DNA of 64,000 nt from Octopus vulgaris (taxonomy: Eukaryota): the NCBI GenBank assembly GCA_951406725.2, contig OX597817.1:172670001-172734000 (forward strand). The letters run 5' to 3'. Below are positions 1-12,741 of this stretch, piece after piece. Below the pieces are notes generated by a model. It was not told the DNA's origin. It saw only the letters and a program-made list of their open reading frames with translations, and searched no databases. How positions within the stretch are numbered: the first letter of the stretch is position 1; every line of letters begins with the position of its first letter. The position numbers were made by a program, and so were the translations under genes.

Positions 1-809
1 GATTGGAGTCAGCATAAATTCAATTATGGGTAGAAGGATCCCATCTTGCGTGTTTCACTTTTGGCTTGGTTTCTATGGCTGGATGTCCCTCCTAACACCA
101 ATGACTTAAGTGTATGTATTGAGTGCATTTTTTGTGACATTGCTATAGAAGTTGCAATGCGCATGACATAACTGAAGGAGACTCATGACCCCATGTGTCC
201 CCTTGTTTGCCAGCTTCTTTGCAGAGTATGATAGTGTCATAGGAGGGATGCTGATCAGGAATGAATGACAGGAATACTCAGTACTCTGAGATCATCATCA
301 TCCTGACCATCATTGTTTAACATCAAAATAAAAATTAAATGGAAACTGTAGTTGTGGTACTCATGCCAGTGGCACGTAAAAAGCACCCACTACACTCACA
401 GAGTGGTTGGCATTAGGAAGGGCATCCAGCTGTAGAAACACTGCCAGATCAGACTGTAGCCTGGTCTAGCCTCCTGGCTTCCCAGACCCCGGTCGAACCA
501 TCCAACCCATGCTAGCATGGAAAACGGACGTTAAATGATGATGATGATGATGTTTCCATGCTTGAATGACGAAATTTGTTGAGGCAGCTTTTCTACGACC
601 AGATGCGCTTCCTGTTGCCAACTCTCACCTGTTTCTGTGTAAGGTAATATTTCCCTTGACCAGGTATGTTTTCATGGAAGATTGGAAACAAAGGACACCA
701 CTTGCATAACAGGGACATTTGTTAACTTGCAACAGAGGAAATCAAGGCAAGGAAGTAATAATTCAAACACACACACATATATACATGTGTGTGTGTATAT
801 ATATATATA

Positions 810-994
810 GCCATGATAGATCACTAGCCACTACACATTCTTTATTTTCTCTCCTTGTTTCTTTCTGTGTTCCTTTCTGTGGAAGAGCATAGGCTTGAAA
901 TGTTAAAGACTTTTTCTATTTTGAGCATTATACTAATACATCTGTTTGTTGTCTACGCCACCTGTCTTCGTCTTTTTTTTTTTTTGTGAATTCT

Positions 995-996
<2 letters not shown>
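810..996 (+). mobile_element. (TA)n-embedded short element with a decayed hammerhead-like motif (873-908)
   Basis: cttt-ctgtgga-agagc atag gctt-gaaatgt-t-aaag. The layout and downstream sequence resemble the 12.7-kb element. Confidence 0.35.
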
Positions 997-1050
<54 letters not shown>

Positions 1051-1064
1051 ATATATGTGTATAT

Positions 1065-1319
1065 AGAGACATAGAGAGAGGGAGAAGGGCAGATAAAAAA
1101 CTTTATCTCCAGTCGTGTTGAATTATCGATGTTTAAATAAAACATTGACAATTCTTTTTGATACAAAATGATATAAGGTGGGCGAAATGAATTCATTCTA
1201 TTTTAAAGTTTAGCGTGGTTAATACAGGAGAATTGTTGATGTTTTATTTAAACATTGATCATTCAACACACATGGAGATAAAGTTTTTAAAGTGCTCTTC
1301 TCCCTCTCTCTATGTCTCT
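1065..1319. repeat. Inverted repeat / fold-back element (arms ~91 bp)
   Basis: 1065-1155 pairs with 1229-1319. This explains the mirror ORFs MFYLNIDNST.. (-) and MFYLNIDHST.. (+). Microsatellites lie on both sides. Confidence 0.85.
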
Positions 1320-1373
<54 letters not shown>

Positions 1374-1482
1374 CATAACTTGCCGCTATCGGCCCAATGG
1401 CAAGTTAGAAGCGTGTTGAACTGTGAATGAAGAAACATGACTTCTTTCTCTTTAACTATTTTATTGAAATATGTGAAATATG

Positions 1483-1907
1483 TGTCCGAGCGTGATCGTT
1501 GCCAGAGCAACAAAGTGGCTTCCGTACTGGTGGCACATAAAAAGCACCATTCGAGCGTGATTGTTACCTGCGTCACCTTACTGACACTTGTACTGGTGGC
1601 ATGTGAAAAGACATTCGCACGAGGTCACTACCAGTGTCGCTGGACTGGCTCCTGTGTAGGTGGCACATAAAAAGCACCATTTGAGCATGGCCATTGCCAG
1701 TACCACCTGACTGGCCCTCGCGCCGGTGGCACGTAAAAGCACCCACTACACTCTCGGAGTGGTTGGTGTTAGGAAGGGCATCCAGCTGTAGAAACTCTGC
1801 TAGATCAGATTGGAGCCTGGTGCAGCCATCTGGTTCACCAGACCTCAGTCAAATCATCCAACCCATGCTGGCATGGAAAGTGGACGTTAAATGATGATGG
1901 TGATGAT
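1483..1907 (+). mobile_element. (GAT)n-tailed retroposon end with four diverged ~65-bp units
   Basis: Recurrent ggtggcacataaaaagcaccatt-cgagcgtg followed by the common tail. Related copies are at 335-552, 19100-19391, 36205-36370 and 17070-17260 (+), and 4370-4575 and 44095-44400 (-). Confidence 0.8.
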
Positions 1908-2727
1908 ATATATATGTATGTATGACGGGCTTCTTCAGTTTCCATCAGCCAAGTCCACTCACAAGTCTTTGGTTGGTTCAGGGCTATTGTAGAAGACACT
2001 TTCTTAAGGTGCCATGCAGTGGGACTGAACTTGACACATGTGGTTGGGAAGCAAACTTCTTCATAACAAAAACCACCCCTGCAACTATTAAGAAATATGT
2101 ATGAATATTGAAGGCATCATAACCAACAGGACCGCAGAAGGATAGAATGCAATTTGATCCAGGAGATAGAACGGTGACCCAGGATATGTGGGAGTATAAA
2201 GAAGGAAGAGTCTGATGGTAGGCAGTGAAATATGGAGTGATGACAAGCAAAACAGGGAGGCAGGGTGAAGGTAGAGTGTACAGGACAGACGTAGCTCATC
2301 TTATGCGATCTCCTGTACATAGACTTCAAGATATGCAGGAAGTTGGAGTGATGAGGATGATGGTTGGGAGAATAGAATGTAGGTGGGTCCTGTACTAATG
2401 AATGGTACAAATGATGGTGGTGGGGGTTGGGCGCATGGTAGAGATAAGAGTATCAGGGAAGTGAGTGATAAGGAAATGAGCTGGTAACAAGTTGTAAAGG
2501 CAGTGGTACATACCATAGCAGTGTATGCCGCTGCTACTATGGCCTGTGATTCACCATGCTTTCTCCCACATCTTCTTGGTTCTTGGCTCTACCCCATCCA
2601 CACGTTCCCTCCACAATTAGAGAATGGTACTCCTTGATGCAGTCTTCTCTCTTGTATGCAACATCTGATGCCTCGTATGCCCAATCTTTCTCTTAAATCG
2701 TTTACACTCTGTCATACAGGTACACTG

Positions 2728-3115
2728 GTGGAGGCGCAATGGCCCAGTGGTTAGGGCAGCGGACTCGCGCGTCATAGGATCGCAGTTTCGATTCCCAGAC
2801 TGGGCGTTGTGAGTGCTTATTGAGCGAAAACACCTAAAAGCTCCACGAGGTTCTGGCAGAGGATGGTGGTGATCCCTGCTGTACTCTTTCACCACAACTT
2901 TCTCTCACTCTTACTTCCTGTTTCTGTTGTACCTGTAATTCAAAGGGCCGGCCTTGTCACTCTCTGTGTCACGATGAATATCCCCGAGAACTACGTTAAG
3001 GGTACACGTGTCTGTGGAGTGCTCAGCCACTTACACGTTAATTTCACGAGCAGGCTGTTCTGTTGATTCGGATCAACCGGAACCCTCATCGTCGTAACCA
3101 ACGGAGTGCTTCCAC
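2728..3115 (+). mobile_element. tRNA-head SINE family B
   Basis: ggaggcgcaatggcccagtggttagggcagcggactc..ggtttcgattccc head; near-identical to 58291-58678. Confidence 0.9.
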
Positions 3116-3119
3116 CACA

Positions 3120-4330
3120 TGCTCACTAACATTATCCATTAAGTGGAACATGCTGGCTTCATTTCTATCAAGCCTTCTCAGGTCCTCAGTAGTCATAGCC
3201 CATGTTTCACTGTCATGCAGCACTGCTTTGTGTACACAGACATCATACAATCTGCCTTTCATTGTGAGGAAGGGGCTCTTTGTTACTAAAGAATGTAGTA
3301 GATCATGTAGAAGTGAGACAGGATTGCCAGACAGACCTCACTGAGATGATGAAGGACCAAGACTTCTGAAGGAGCCTCATGAGAAGACATGTCAAGCTAA
3401 GTAAAACTGTGGCCATCCATGCATACAGGCAGGCCCTTTACAGCCTGTGCCGGCACCACATCGTAAGCGCTCATGCTAGTGCCATTTAAGAAGCACTTGT
3501 ACTGACACCGTGTCACAAGTACTCATGCCGATGTCACATAAAAAGCACTCATGCTGGTATCATGTAAGGGTATTCGTGCTGGTGCCAGTACACTCTGTAA
3601 AGTGATTGGCATTAAGAGAAGCAACCAACTGTTGAAACCATACCAAAACAGACAATTGGAGCCAAGGCTGCTCTCTGTCAAAGCATCCAACCCATGCCAG
3701 CATAGAAAACAAACAACATTAAATGATGATCATGATGATGATTGTCATGATGCTTGTATTACTTGCTTCTTGGACATTCTCTGGTTGGTTCTCCCTCAGC
3801 ACTGTGAAACACCAGTCACCACTTTCCCTTGTCATCTCCACTATGAGATGCAACATCTTGAGATCAGTTTTCACCACGTTGTCCCAAGTCTTTCTTAGTC
3901 TATTTCTTCCACCTGTACCGTTTACCTTGTGTTCGTGACACATCTTTATGTAGCTGCCATCCTCAATATACATTGTGTGTCTGTACCATTACAGTCTTCT
4001 CTCCTGTATTCTGCATTTTATTCTCCCTATATCATATATTTTTCTCAGCTCTTTCATACTTTGTTATGCAACCCGCTCAAGGCCCAAGCCCTACTACCAT
4101 GCAGCATTGTAATTCACTCATACATGTCATATAATCTGCCCTTTACCCTTAGAATAAAGCCCTTTGTTTTCAATAAAGGTAATAGTTCCATGTACTTTTT
4201 CAAACCCCTTCATACTCTGGTTAGTATGCTCTTTGAACACCCACTGCCACTGCTAATTAGATCACCTAGGTAGCAAACTAACAACTACTTCTGGAGAGCA
4301 TTCTGGGTGTTCAATAGTGACTGTTTTCTT
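3120..4330. mobile_element. Mosaic of decayed RTE LINE 3' fragments (- at 3120-3300 and 3770-4330; + ORF end and 3' UTR at 3310-3745)
   Basis: RKTWDNVVKTDL and YLGDLISSGSGCS-type motifs. The + piece runs from the ORF end into unit-like repeats and the (GAT)n tail. Confidence 0.65.
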
Positions 4331-4605
4331 TGGTCTCTTATATAAGTGCACAAAGGGTGTGTATTTCACCATCATTATCATTTAACATCCATCTTCCATG
4401 CTGGCATGGGTTGGACAGTTTGACAGGAGCTGGTATGCCAGAGGATTGTGCCAGGGTCCACTGTCTACTTTGACATAGTTTTTACAGCTGGATGCCCTTC
4501 CTAAAACCCCAACTTCTCTACAGAGTAGACAGTACTTTTTACATGGCACCAGCACTGGTGAGGTCTGCTTTGGCAACATATCTATCTGTCTGTCTGTCAA
4601 TCTAT

Positions 4606-4609
<4 letters not shown>

Positions 4610-4651
<42 letters not shown>

Positions 4652-4668
4652 CTCCACACACGTATACA

Positions 4669-4742
<74 letters not shown>
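4610..4742. repeat. Compound (GA)n/(CA)n microsatellite, representative of dozens of (TA)n, (CA)n, (GAT)n and (TTA)n tracts in the window
   Basis: Read directly from the sequence. Confidence 0.95.
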
Positions 4743-4743
<1 letters not shown>

Positions 4744-5289
4744 TTATGTACATAGGTGTGACTGTGTGTTTAAGAAATTTGCTTTCAAATCATGGATTTG
4801 GGTTCAGCCCCATTGTGTGGCCCCTTGGGAAATAGTCCCAGGCCAACCAAAACCTTCCGAAGGATTTGGTTGATGGAAATTGAAAGAAGCCCATTGTATG
4901 TGTGTGTGTGTGTGTGTGTGTGTTGTCTTGATGTTTTGACATTATGCAAAAGCTGTAAACAAGTGCCCCATGTGGAAATATTACTTTGCTTGGGAAACAG
5001 GTGAAGAGCATCCAGCCATAAAGAAAAAATATTGCCTTAGTGAATTCTGTATGACCCATTGAAGCATGGAAAAGTGGACATTAATGATGATGGCAGTGAT
5101 GATAAGGACAATGGTCACCCCCCCATGCACACCCACACTGTCCAACCCATGCCAGCATGGAAAGTAGATGTCGAATGGTGATGAGGAAGATGATGATAAC
5201 ACACACACACACACACACACACAGGTTTCTATCTCTGTCGCCACCCTGATTTCAATGCATGTTTTGTCACAGGTATCTTTCTGCTGCAC

Positions 5290-6420
5290 TGCTTATCACT
5301 AATCATTATGGTCCTTTATCATCTTCTCTGAAAGGTACAGCATCTTCAGGTCAACCCCACTCCACTTTGTTCCAAGTCATGCTTGGCCTCTCCCTTCTGT
5401 AGCTTCCATGAACTTGGAATGCATGGCACTTCCTTATGCTGTGGTCATCCTCCATACGCATCACACGCCTATACCAGCAGAACCTTCTCTCTTCTACACT
5501 ATGTCTGATTCCCCTTTATATCTCGTTTGTCTCTCAGCTCACTTGTACATTGGCATTCATGCACACACACATAATTTATCTCACTACCATGCAGCATCAC
5601 AATTCAAATGCAAGCATCATACAATCTGCTTTTCATTCTAAAGTGAAGCATTTTGTTACCAGCAGAGGTAATAGATAATTCCTGGAACTTTTTACAACCT
5701 GTTCATAACATGGTTACTGTACTTTCAGAACAACTACCTCCACAACTTATCATGTCATCTAGGCAACAGAAGCTAACAACTATTTCTGGTGAGCCTCTTG
5801 GGCATTTAAGAGAATCTGTTTCTGGCATGCTGTTAGTACTTGTTGCCCCTGTGCATCTTCTTACATACAAAGTCTGTCTCTTCTGTAGCCTGTCTGTGAT
5901 TCCATTATACCTCTTGTGAGCATCCATATCTCACACTGAGTACAATAGACTGAGTTCTTACCTACTCTGTTTTTGCTTATTAAGCAAAACTATTTCCCTG
6001 AAGACCCAAGGGTCTTATCTTCTTTCCTACTTATTAACACCATAGTCTTTGCTTAGTTTACCTTGAAAGCTCTCAATTCTAGGTTTCATATCCACATCCA
6101 GAATTTCTTCACTAATTCTATTACAGATTCAGCTATAAGAGCTAGATCATCAGTATATAGGAGTTTCTATGGGCAACCAATCTTGATTATTGGACTGTGA
6201 TGTATAAAAGAGAGCTGAAGACTGAACCTTGAGGAATTCCTACCTTTACACTAAATTCATCAGTGATTCTCACTTTACTAATTGTGCCTTTGTACATAGC
6301 TTACACATCCCTTACAAGCCATTCCCCCACACTGTATTTCTTTAGAAAACTACCATATTCTTGATCATGGAATCCTGTCAAAGCCTTCTCAAAGTGAACC
6401 AGAGCACTTTACCTTTAGCT
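5290..6420 (-). mobile_element. Decayed RTE-like LINE reverse transcriptase fragment
   Basis: The minus strand gives (F)EKA.DRIP, VKVGIPQGSVFS and LLYTDDLALIAES, with many stops and frameshifts. Confidence 0.75.
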
Positions 6421-6834
6421 AAGTATGAAATATGTCTAAAAACATGTCAAAACTAATAAATTTGAGAACAGAAGAGAATTACAAAATGCATACTATATTC
6501 ACTATAGCTGCATAAACAAAGTTAATACTATCCTCCCCCACGTACATGGAGAAATAAAAATATACATATATCTATATATATACACACATACTCAACCTAT
6601 TTCAAAGCATTCTCTTGTATACACAAACACAAACCAAGACAGTATAAAAACCAAACTAAAAACAATATACATATATGTTTATATATGTTTGTATGTGTGT
6701 ATTAGGGTGTGCCATTAAAAAAAAAGAAAAATTGAAATTTGAGCTGCCTTACTTTTCATATGATGACAAAAACACCAGAAATCTCCACATATCAAATATT
6801 CTGCCAGTTAATCAATATTTAGGTCTCCTTTTAA

Positions 6835-7054
6835 CCCTTTCGTTACCAACCTGGCCAAAACCGGCTCTGGCTCTGAGTTCAAATGTCCTATTTTCATAAG
6901 TTTTGAATTAAAATCTTCCCCCAAACCTTCATCACAATTTATGTTCCTAACACTAGCTGAATGATAACTAAGTTATTTTACTAAATTCTTTGTTATATTT
7001 AAAGTAATTGAACAAAACACAGATCATCTCAACATAAATACAGTAATGAAAGGG
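6835..7054. mobile_element. piggyBac-type MITE, family 1 (~220 bp)
   Basis: TTAA|ccctttcgttac..gtaatgaaaggg|TTAA. Related copies: 10131-10351, ~18992-19493 (interrupted), 27963-28185, 28207-28428, 30341-30543. Confidence 0.85.
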
Positions 7055-9450
7055 TTAAAGGTGGGCGAAAGTTTTGATTCCCCTGATGTCAGGTTTTACG
7101 AGATTTTTTTTCTCTAACTTCTCTTATAGCTGGTTTTTTTTTTTATATTGTTCATTGAATTTTGTGCAGAAGGAAAAGACAATTTCACTGATAAATCATA
7201 AATCCTCTTTTTGAATTATAATAGAGCCATAAACTTGTAACCATGCAGTTTTTCATAAATATGGACAAAGTGTTACTGTCAACAAGAAGCATCATCTCAC
7301 CAATTAGTTTCACAGAACTAGACCCGTAAAAGCAGAATAATATATTCTGTTTCTGATGTGAGAACAAGTTTTACACCACAAAATATGTATCACTGCAATA
7401 TATACACGATTCTTTAGAAGCAATTTCAGGTGCATTTTCATTTTTACCTCTGTTTTTCCACTTAATTTTCTATATCATCATCATCACCACTGCTTTAGTG
7501 TCCACTCATCCATGCTTGCATGAGTTGGATGGAACCTTTTGAGGCAGATTCTCTATGGCTGGATGCTCTTCCTGTCACCAACCCTCATCTGTTTCCAAAT
7601 AAACTAATATTTCCCTAAGGCCAGACATGTTTTCATAGAAGATTGCAAAGAAAGCACACTTGTATGACAGTGGCACTTGTTTACAGCTATCACACAATTT
7701 CAAGGCAAGGAGACTGTCAAAAAAACATAAGATATATATATATCTTTTACTTGTTTCAGTCATTAGACTGCGGCCATTCTGGGGTGCTGCCTTGAAGAAT
7801 TTTGAGTTGAACTAATCAACCCCAGTACTTTTCTTTTTTATTCTGTCTCTTTTGCTGAACCACTTACTTATGGGGATGTAAACATACCAACACTGGTTGT
7901 CAAGTGGTGGTGGTGGTGGTGGTGGGGGACAAACACAAAAACACACACACACAAACACTTATGATGGGCTTCTTTCAGTTTCTGTCTCCAAAATTCACTC
8001 ATAAGGTTTTGGTCAACCTGAGGCTATAGTAGATGCTACTTACCCAGGGTGCCACACAGTGTGACTGTACCCTGAACCATTTGGTTGGGAAGCTTCTTAC
8101 CAAATAGTCACACCTGTTCCTATGAGTCACACCTGGATATCTGTCACTGTCTGTCTGTCTATCTAGCTGCCTTAAATGCATTAGCACACACATGATGGGT
8201 TTCTTTCAGTTTCCTTTGACAGATCCACTCACAAGGCTTTGGTCAACCTTATGTATAGTAGAAGCCACTTACCCAAGGTGCTGATAAGCATGTGCTTTAC
8301 CACAAAGCCATATCTGTGGCCACTGAATGCCATATTGAATTACTGATTTTCAGCACCGATGCTGTTCTGTGAAATATGTTCAGCGCTCAACAGTGTTTAA
8401 AATCTGATAAAGGTGGTGTTCCAGGTGGGCCAAAGAACCTATCTTTTAAATTGTTGCGCAAGAAGGTGACAAACAATGTAGTATTGTCTACAATTTGAGC
8501 TTGTGTTGTTGAAAACTAAGTTTATAAAACTTTCTCCAATGTGACATTCTTGGATTGTTTCATGAGTTGCCTTTGTCTGGATAGCACCATGTCTAGCCTA
8601 GAATTTGCCATCTTTTGCATTGGGTAAACCTGGGATGAATGCACACAGTCTTTCTGCTGGCTCTTCTCTGGAGTCCTGTATAAGTTTTGAATTTCAGTGT
8701 ATGACAAAGAATGGTGGAGCATCACAGCTATCATTAATATTTCAGCTTTTCTTTCTCTTTCTTCTCTCTTACTGTTTTCAAATGCTTTTGGAAAACTTCA
8801 ATTTTTAAAATTTTCTCCCAAAGCTAATGCAGTGAAAGCAGTAAAAGACATCTGCTCTCCTAATGACAAAAAAAAAATATTTAGGTGATCTCACCAAGAT
8901 GACAAAGTGATTGTATAATTTTTTGCTTTTTAGCATTTTAGGTACCATGTAGCTTTATCTAAATTCATTTTTGCTACCACATACTTTTGATGTGAAAAAA
9001 AAAATGGGAAAGGAAAGGGGGATCTTCTGAAGGACCATCAATCAGATGAACTGTTTTTTTTTGTTAAAATTAAGTGGCTTTATTAGACTCTCCCTAGAAA
9101 ATAAGAAATAAGCTGATTAATAACAATTTAGAATTTATTTTCCACATTTAATCTGTTGCTACAAAATTGACATTTCAGTGAATCTAATATAAATTTAGGT
9201 GTGGGATTTGAAAATTAAAGAAGATGAAGCCAGGAATATATAAAAGTAGATTTGGTTATTCAGTGTAAGTGAAATGAATAAGCAAATACTTAAAACTAGA
9301 TTATTAAGCATCATAAAGATTGATAGATTTCTGTTTCCATTTCTCGACAGCATTATTTAGTTAACTTACGAAGGTTGCATCATAGAAAATAAGCCATTTC
9401 TTATTAAAAGACATTCACATAAAAAAGAGTAATTTCAAATTGACAATTCA

Positions 9451-9568
9451 TCATCATCATCATCATCGTTTAGCGTCCGTTTTCCATGCTAGCATGGGTT
9501 GGACGGTTCTACTGGGGTCTGTGAAGCCAGAAGGCTTCATCCGGCCCAGTCAAATCTGGCAGTGTTTC
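9451..9568 (-). mobile_element. Very short (GAT)n-tailed retroposon end with a 10-bp TSD
   Basis: tgacaattca at 9441-9450 and 9569-9578 flanks the tail sequence. Confidence 0.8.
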
Positions 9569-9651
9569 TGACAATTCAATTTGAAAAATGAAAAATATGC
9601 TATTTGCAAGTTTACAGAAAAGAATTTTAGGTAAGTTACAGTTCTCTAGAT

Positions 9652-9841
9652 CAGGGTCCGCAACGTTTTTCCACTTGTGGTACACTTATGTTCTTTGCAA
9701 AATCCAGCACCACCACACCTGAACTAAAAATATAACTAAAAAGTATAGGGAAAAAAAATTATATTCAGGTTACACAGTGGCACACCTAGCATCGTCTCGT
9801 GGCACACCAGTGTGCCGTGACATACCAGTTGTGGAGCACTG
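9652..9841. mobile_element. hAT (Charlie-like) MITE
   Basis: cag..ctg termini, internal ggcacac/gtgtgcc motifs, and an imperfect 8-bp TSD ctctagat/ctcttcat. Confidence 0.6.
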
Positions 9842-10130
9842 CTCTTCATTGTGCTGACATTGCTGAAGAATTAACTGGAGCTGATACTGTGTTAATTTGA
9901 TGAGCCACCTCTTTAGCATTTATATCGGCCCGGAATATTCTGTTTTACGTTCAAACTGGCCAGATCCAGCCTTTCACACCTACTCTACAATTTTGTTATA
10001 GAAATAAATAAACACTCACAACATCAATATCGCAAAGCTATAAGATAATGCACAATCAGGATTTAATCCAAGACAATGCGAATAAATAAGCATTAGATTT
10101 GACTGAGTAATCTCAGTGCTAAAGTATTAA

Positions 10131-10351
10131 CCCTTTTGTTACTGACCCGGCTGAAACCAGCTCTGGTTCTGTTGTACAAATGTCTTGTTTTCGAAAGTTC
10201 TGAATTAAAATCTTCCACCAAACCTTAGTCACAGTTTATGTTCCTAACATCAGCTTAATTATAACCAAGTTATTTTACTAAATTCTTTGTTATATGTAAA
10301 ATAATTGAAAGAAACACAGAGCATCTCAAAATGAATACCGTAACGAAATGG
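10131..10351. mobile_element. piggyBac-type MITE, family 1
   Basis: TTAA at 10127-10130 and 10352-10355; the body is similar to 6835-7054. Confidence 0.85.
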
Positions 10352-10999
10352 TTAAGTCAGTGTACCTAATGATGCAGTGTTCTCAGTATTGTTTTGTGGT
10401 TGTGAGACAAGACAGTATTTATGTATGATGGAAATATTGGGTGAGCAATATTGAAGTCAGCCATTTTGTCATTGGAAAGAGAACAATTATACTGATTGGA
10501 TTATGAACTCCATATTATTACTGGCCTGATTATCCTGAGGTACCTTTTGCAAGTTCAGTTTCTGGTTTGACAGAAATAACCATCTGGATGGTCAAGCAAT
10601 GGCTGTTAAACCTCATCATCTGTGACCTCATGCTGCTTCTTTAAGTACATTTTTATAGCCATTTGTATTGTTGCTTTCATTTTCTTTTTCATTCACATGC
10701 TTCTTTCTCTTTCATGTTTTGAAATAATGCCATGGTAACTTCATACAGAAAGGGAAATTGTTCCATCAACAATACACTATCAAATGCTTTTATTTATATA
10801 TGCACTTTTGAAAAATGGAATTTTAAAAATTCTATTGTGTGCAAACTACATTGTTTTTGCAACATTGGATAACTGAGCAATAGGCTATTACTTACAATAT
10901 TCCAGAGAAGAATCTTTTCTTTTTTTTTTTTTATGAAAACTGAGAGGCTTTCTAATGCTTGTAAATTAGTAGGGAATGTTCTACTGGAAAAGAGTCTGG

Positions 11000-11403
11000 G
11001 GATCTTTTCGGTTTGAACGGCAGTTTTTTCTAGCAGTGTCATATGAAATTGTCACCCATAATTATGACCCTAGTATCGATCTATTGCATTTCAATCTGTT
11101 TTAGGGTTAGGGTTAAGGGTGGGGGGAAGAGTATCTTTTTTCTTCAGAAATGTAAATAAACCCAATCTGTTTCTTAAACGAGGGACATATTCATACGGCA
11201 CAGAATGTTTTCACCTCAATAGACATCATTGATTGGTTGAAATTGCAGAAATTGAAGAAAAAAAACAACAAATATCTTACAAACTATAGAATTTTCTCAA
11301 TAAAGCCAAGAGAAAAAGATGTTTTATAAACACATTCTACCAGTATACAAAGTTAAAAAGTGTTTAGTTACGTGGAAATTATTTTAAAAAACTGAAAAGA
11401 TCC
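11000..11403. mobile_element. MITE with GGATC..GATCC ends and an 8-bp TSD (Merlin-like), containing TTAGGG repeats
   Basis: TIR ggatcttttc/gaaaagatcc, TSD gagtctgg/aagtctgg, and ttagggttagggttaaggg at 11101-11119. Confidence 0.65.
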
Positions 11404-11612
11404 AAGTCTGGTGCTTCATATCATTTCATAGTTAAAATGTTTTAGGATTATAATAGTTATACTTGGAAGAACAGTCTATTTGATGATCTTTTAGTAATAC
11501 TGCTCAAGATTAAATCATTGGAGCAATGTTGAAAGTAAGTAGTATTTAGGAATTAGTATTGCTTTTTGGAAGTTTTTATATATATATAAAAAGTGATATC
11601 TTATTTGCAATA

Positions 11613-12003
11613 TCTCTATATATATAAAGCTGAAGTTGTCTGTGTGTGGCAGGTTTGGTAGCCTTCAACTAACACTATCTCCTCCGAGACCCTGCTGTGC
11701 ATGTTGACCAAAATTGAAAGTATGATAGAAGAAGGCTTGCTCTTCATTCTGTAGAAGAAAAAATTCAAATTTGACCATGTTAACGGCAAAAATTATTTAC
11801 ATCAAAAAGGTGCTTTTTTTCTGTGAAAATCCATATTTTTTACGATTTTTTGACTGCTGTGTTGCCAATTTTTGGTGTATTTCAACCAGAAAAATGTTCA
11901 CTTAAAGAGAATAACAAGCTACATAATGCAAAATTTTTACTTTCAAAAATTCCAATTCTAAAGGGTCAAAACAAACCTGAGCAACGCCGGGCGATACTGC
12001 TAG
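11613..12003 (+). mobile_element. Non-autonomous Helitron
   Basis: A|TC..CTAG|T ends, subterminal hairpin cctgagcaacgccggg, no TSD. Confidence 0.85.
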
Positions 12004-12608
12004 TTATCTTGTATACGTGAAACATAGTTATTTACTGGTAGAGTGAAAAACCTATAATTTTCGGAAATGGAAGAAAACTTAAAAGAAAGCTCTAAAAAGA
12101 TGATAAATTTGAATCATCTGCGAATTTTCTTTTCATGAAGTACTAAGATGTATGAAGCATTCAGAAACATTTTCTTTCCTTTGACGAGTTACTGAGCTGT
12201 ATTTTAGCTCTTCTATAAAAGAGTCGTTTCTCTTTTGAACCTGCCAAACACACTTGGTGCATTTTATTCCCTCCTCGTTAGCAGTAACATTTTACTTATT
12301 CAAGCAATATACTGAACATTTGTCATAATCCTTCAGACTCAGAAATACATATATCTGTTTTATATGCTTTCTGTAACAAGCAAAGATATAAATTTATCAT
12401 CAAACTGCACCAACTTCACTTTGTCATCTTGATCTTCCAGTTATGGATTTTCAAATGTCTATGGTTATTGACCTCACTTGTCAAATTAACCTTCAACACT
12501 TAAAAATACTTTATTAACTACTTTAACTTCACTCTTCACTGTCATCTTCTGACCTTCCACTTGAAGCTAGCATGTTAGTTTATGAGTACAGCTCTTTCCC
12601 TCATATTC

Positions 12609-12646
<38 letters not shown>

Positions 12647-12741
12647 ATCCAAACAAGAAAACACAAAAAAAACACAGCAACACGAGGACGTGGAACAAAT
12701 AAAGTATTATTGGACACTCAGGAAAGAAGGGAAGAAGGAGG

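Noticed and set aside
1487-1746. CRISPR-like repeat/spacer appearance (also 63544-63830)
   Set aside because: The context is eukaryotic with no cas genes. The spacers are homologous to each other and the array is part of a dispersed retroposon.
2728-2800. tRNA genes at SINE heads (also the B-box at ~33765-33785)
   Set aside because: A/B boxes are present, but I could not fold a full cloverleaf, and the heads continue into SINE bodies.
9618-9630. Possible 13-nt micro-exon (tttacag|..|gtaagt)
   Set aside because: Weak polypyrimidine tract, frame-shifting length and no arrestin similarity.
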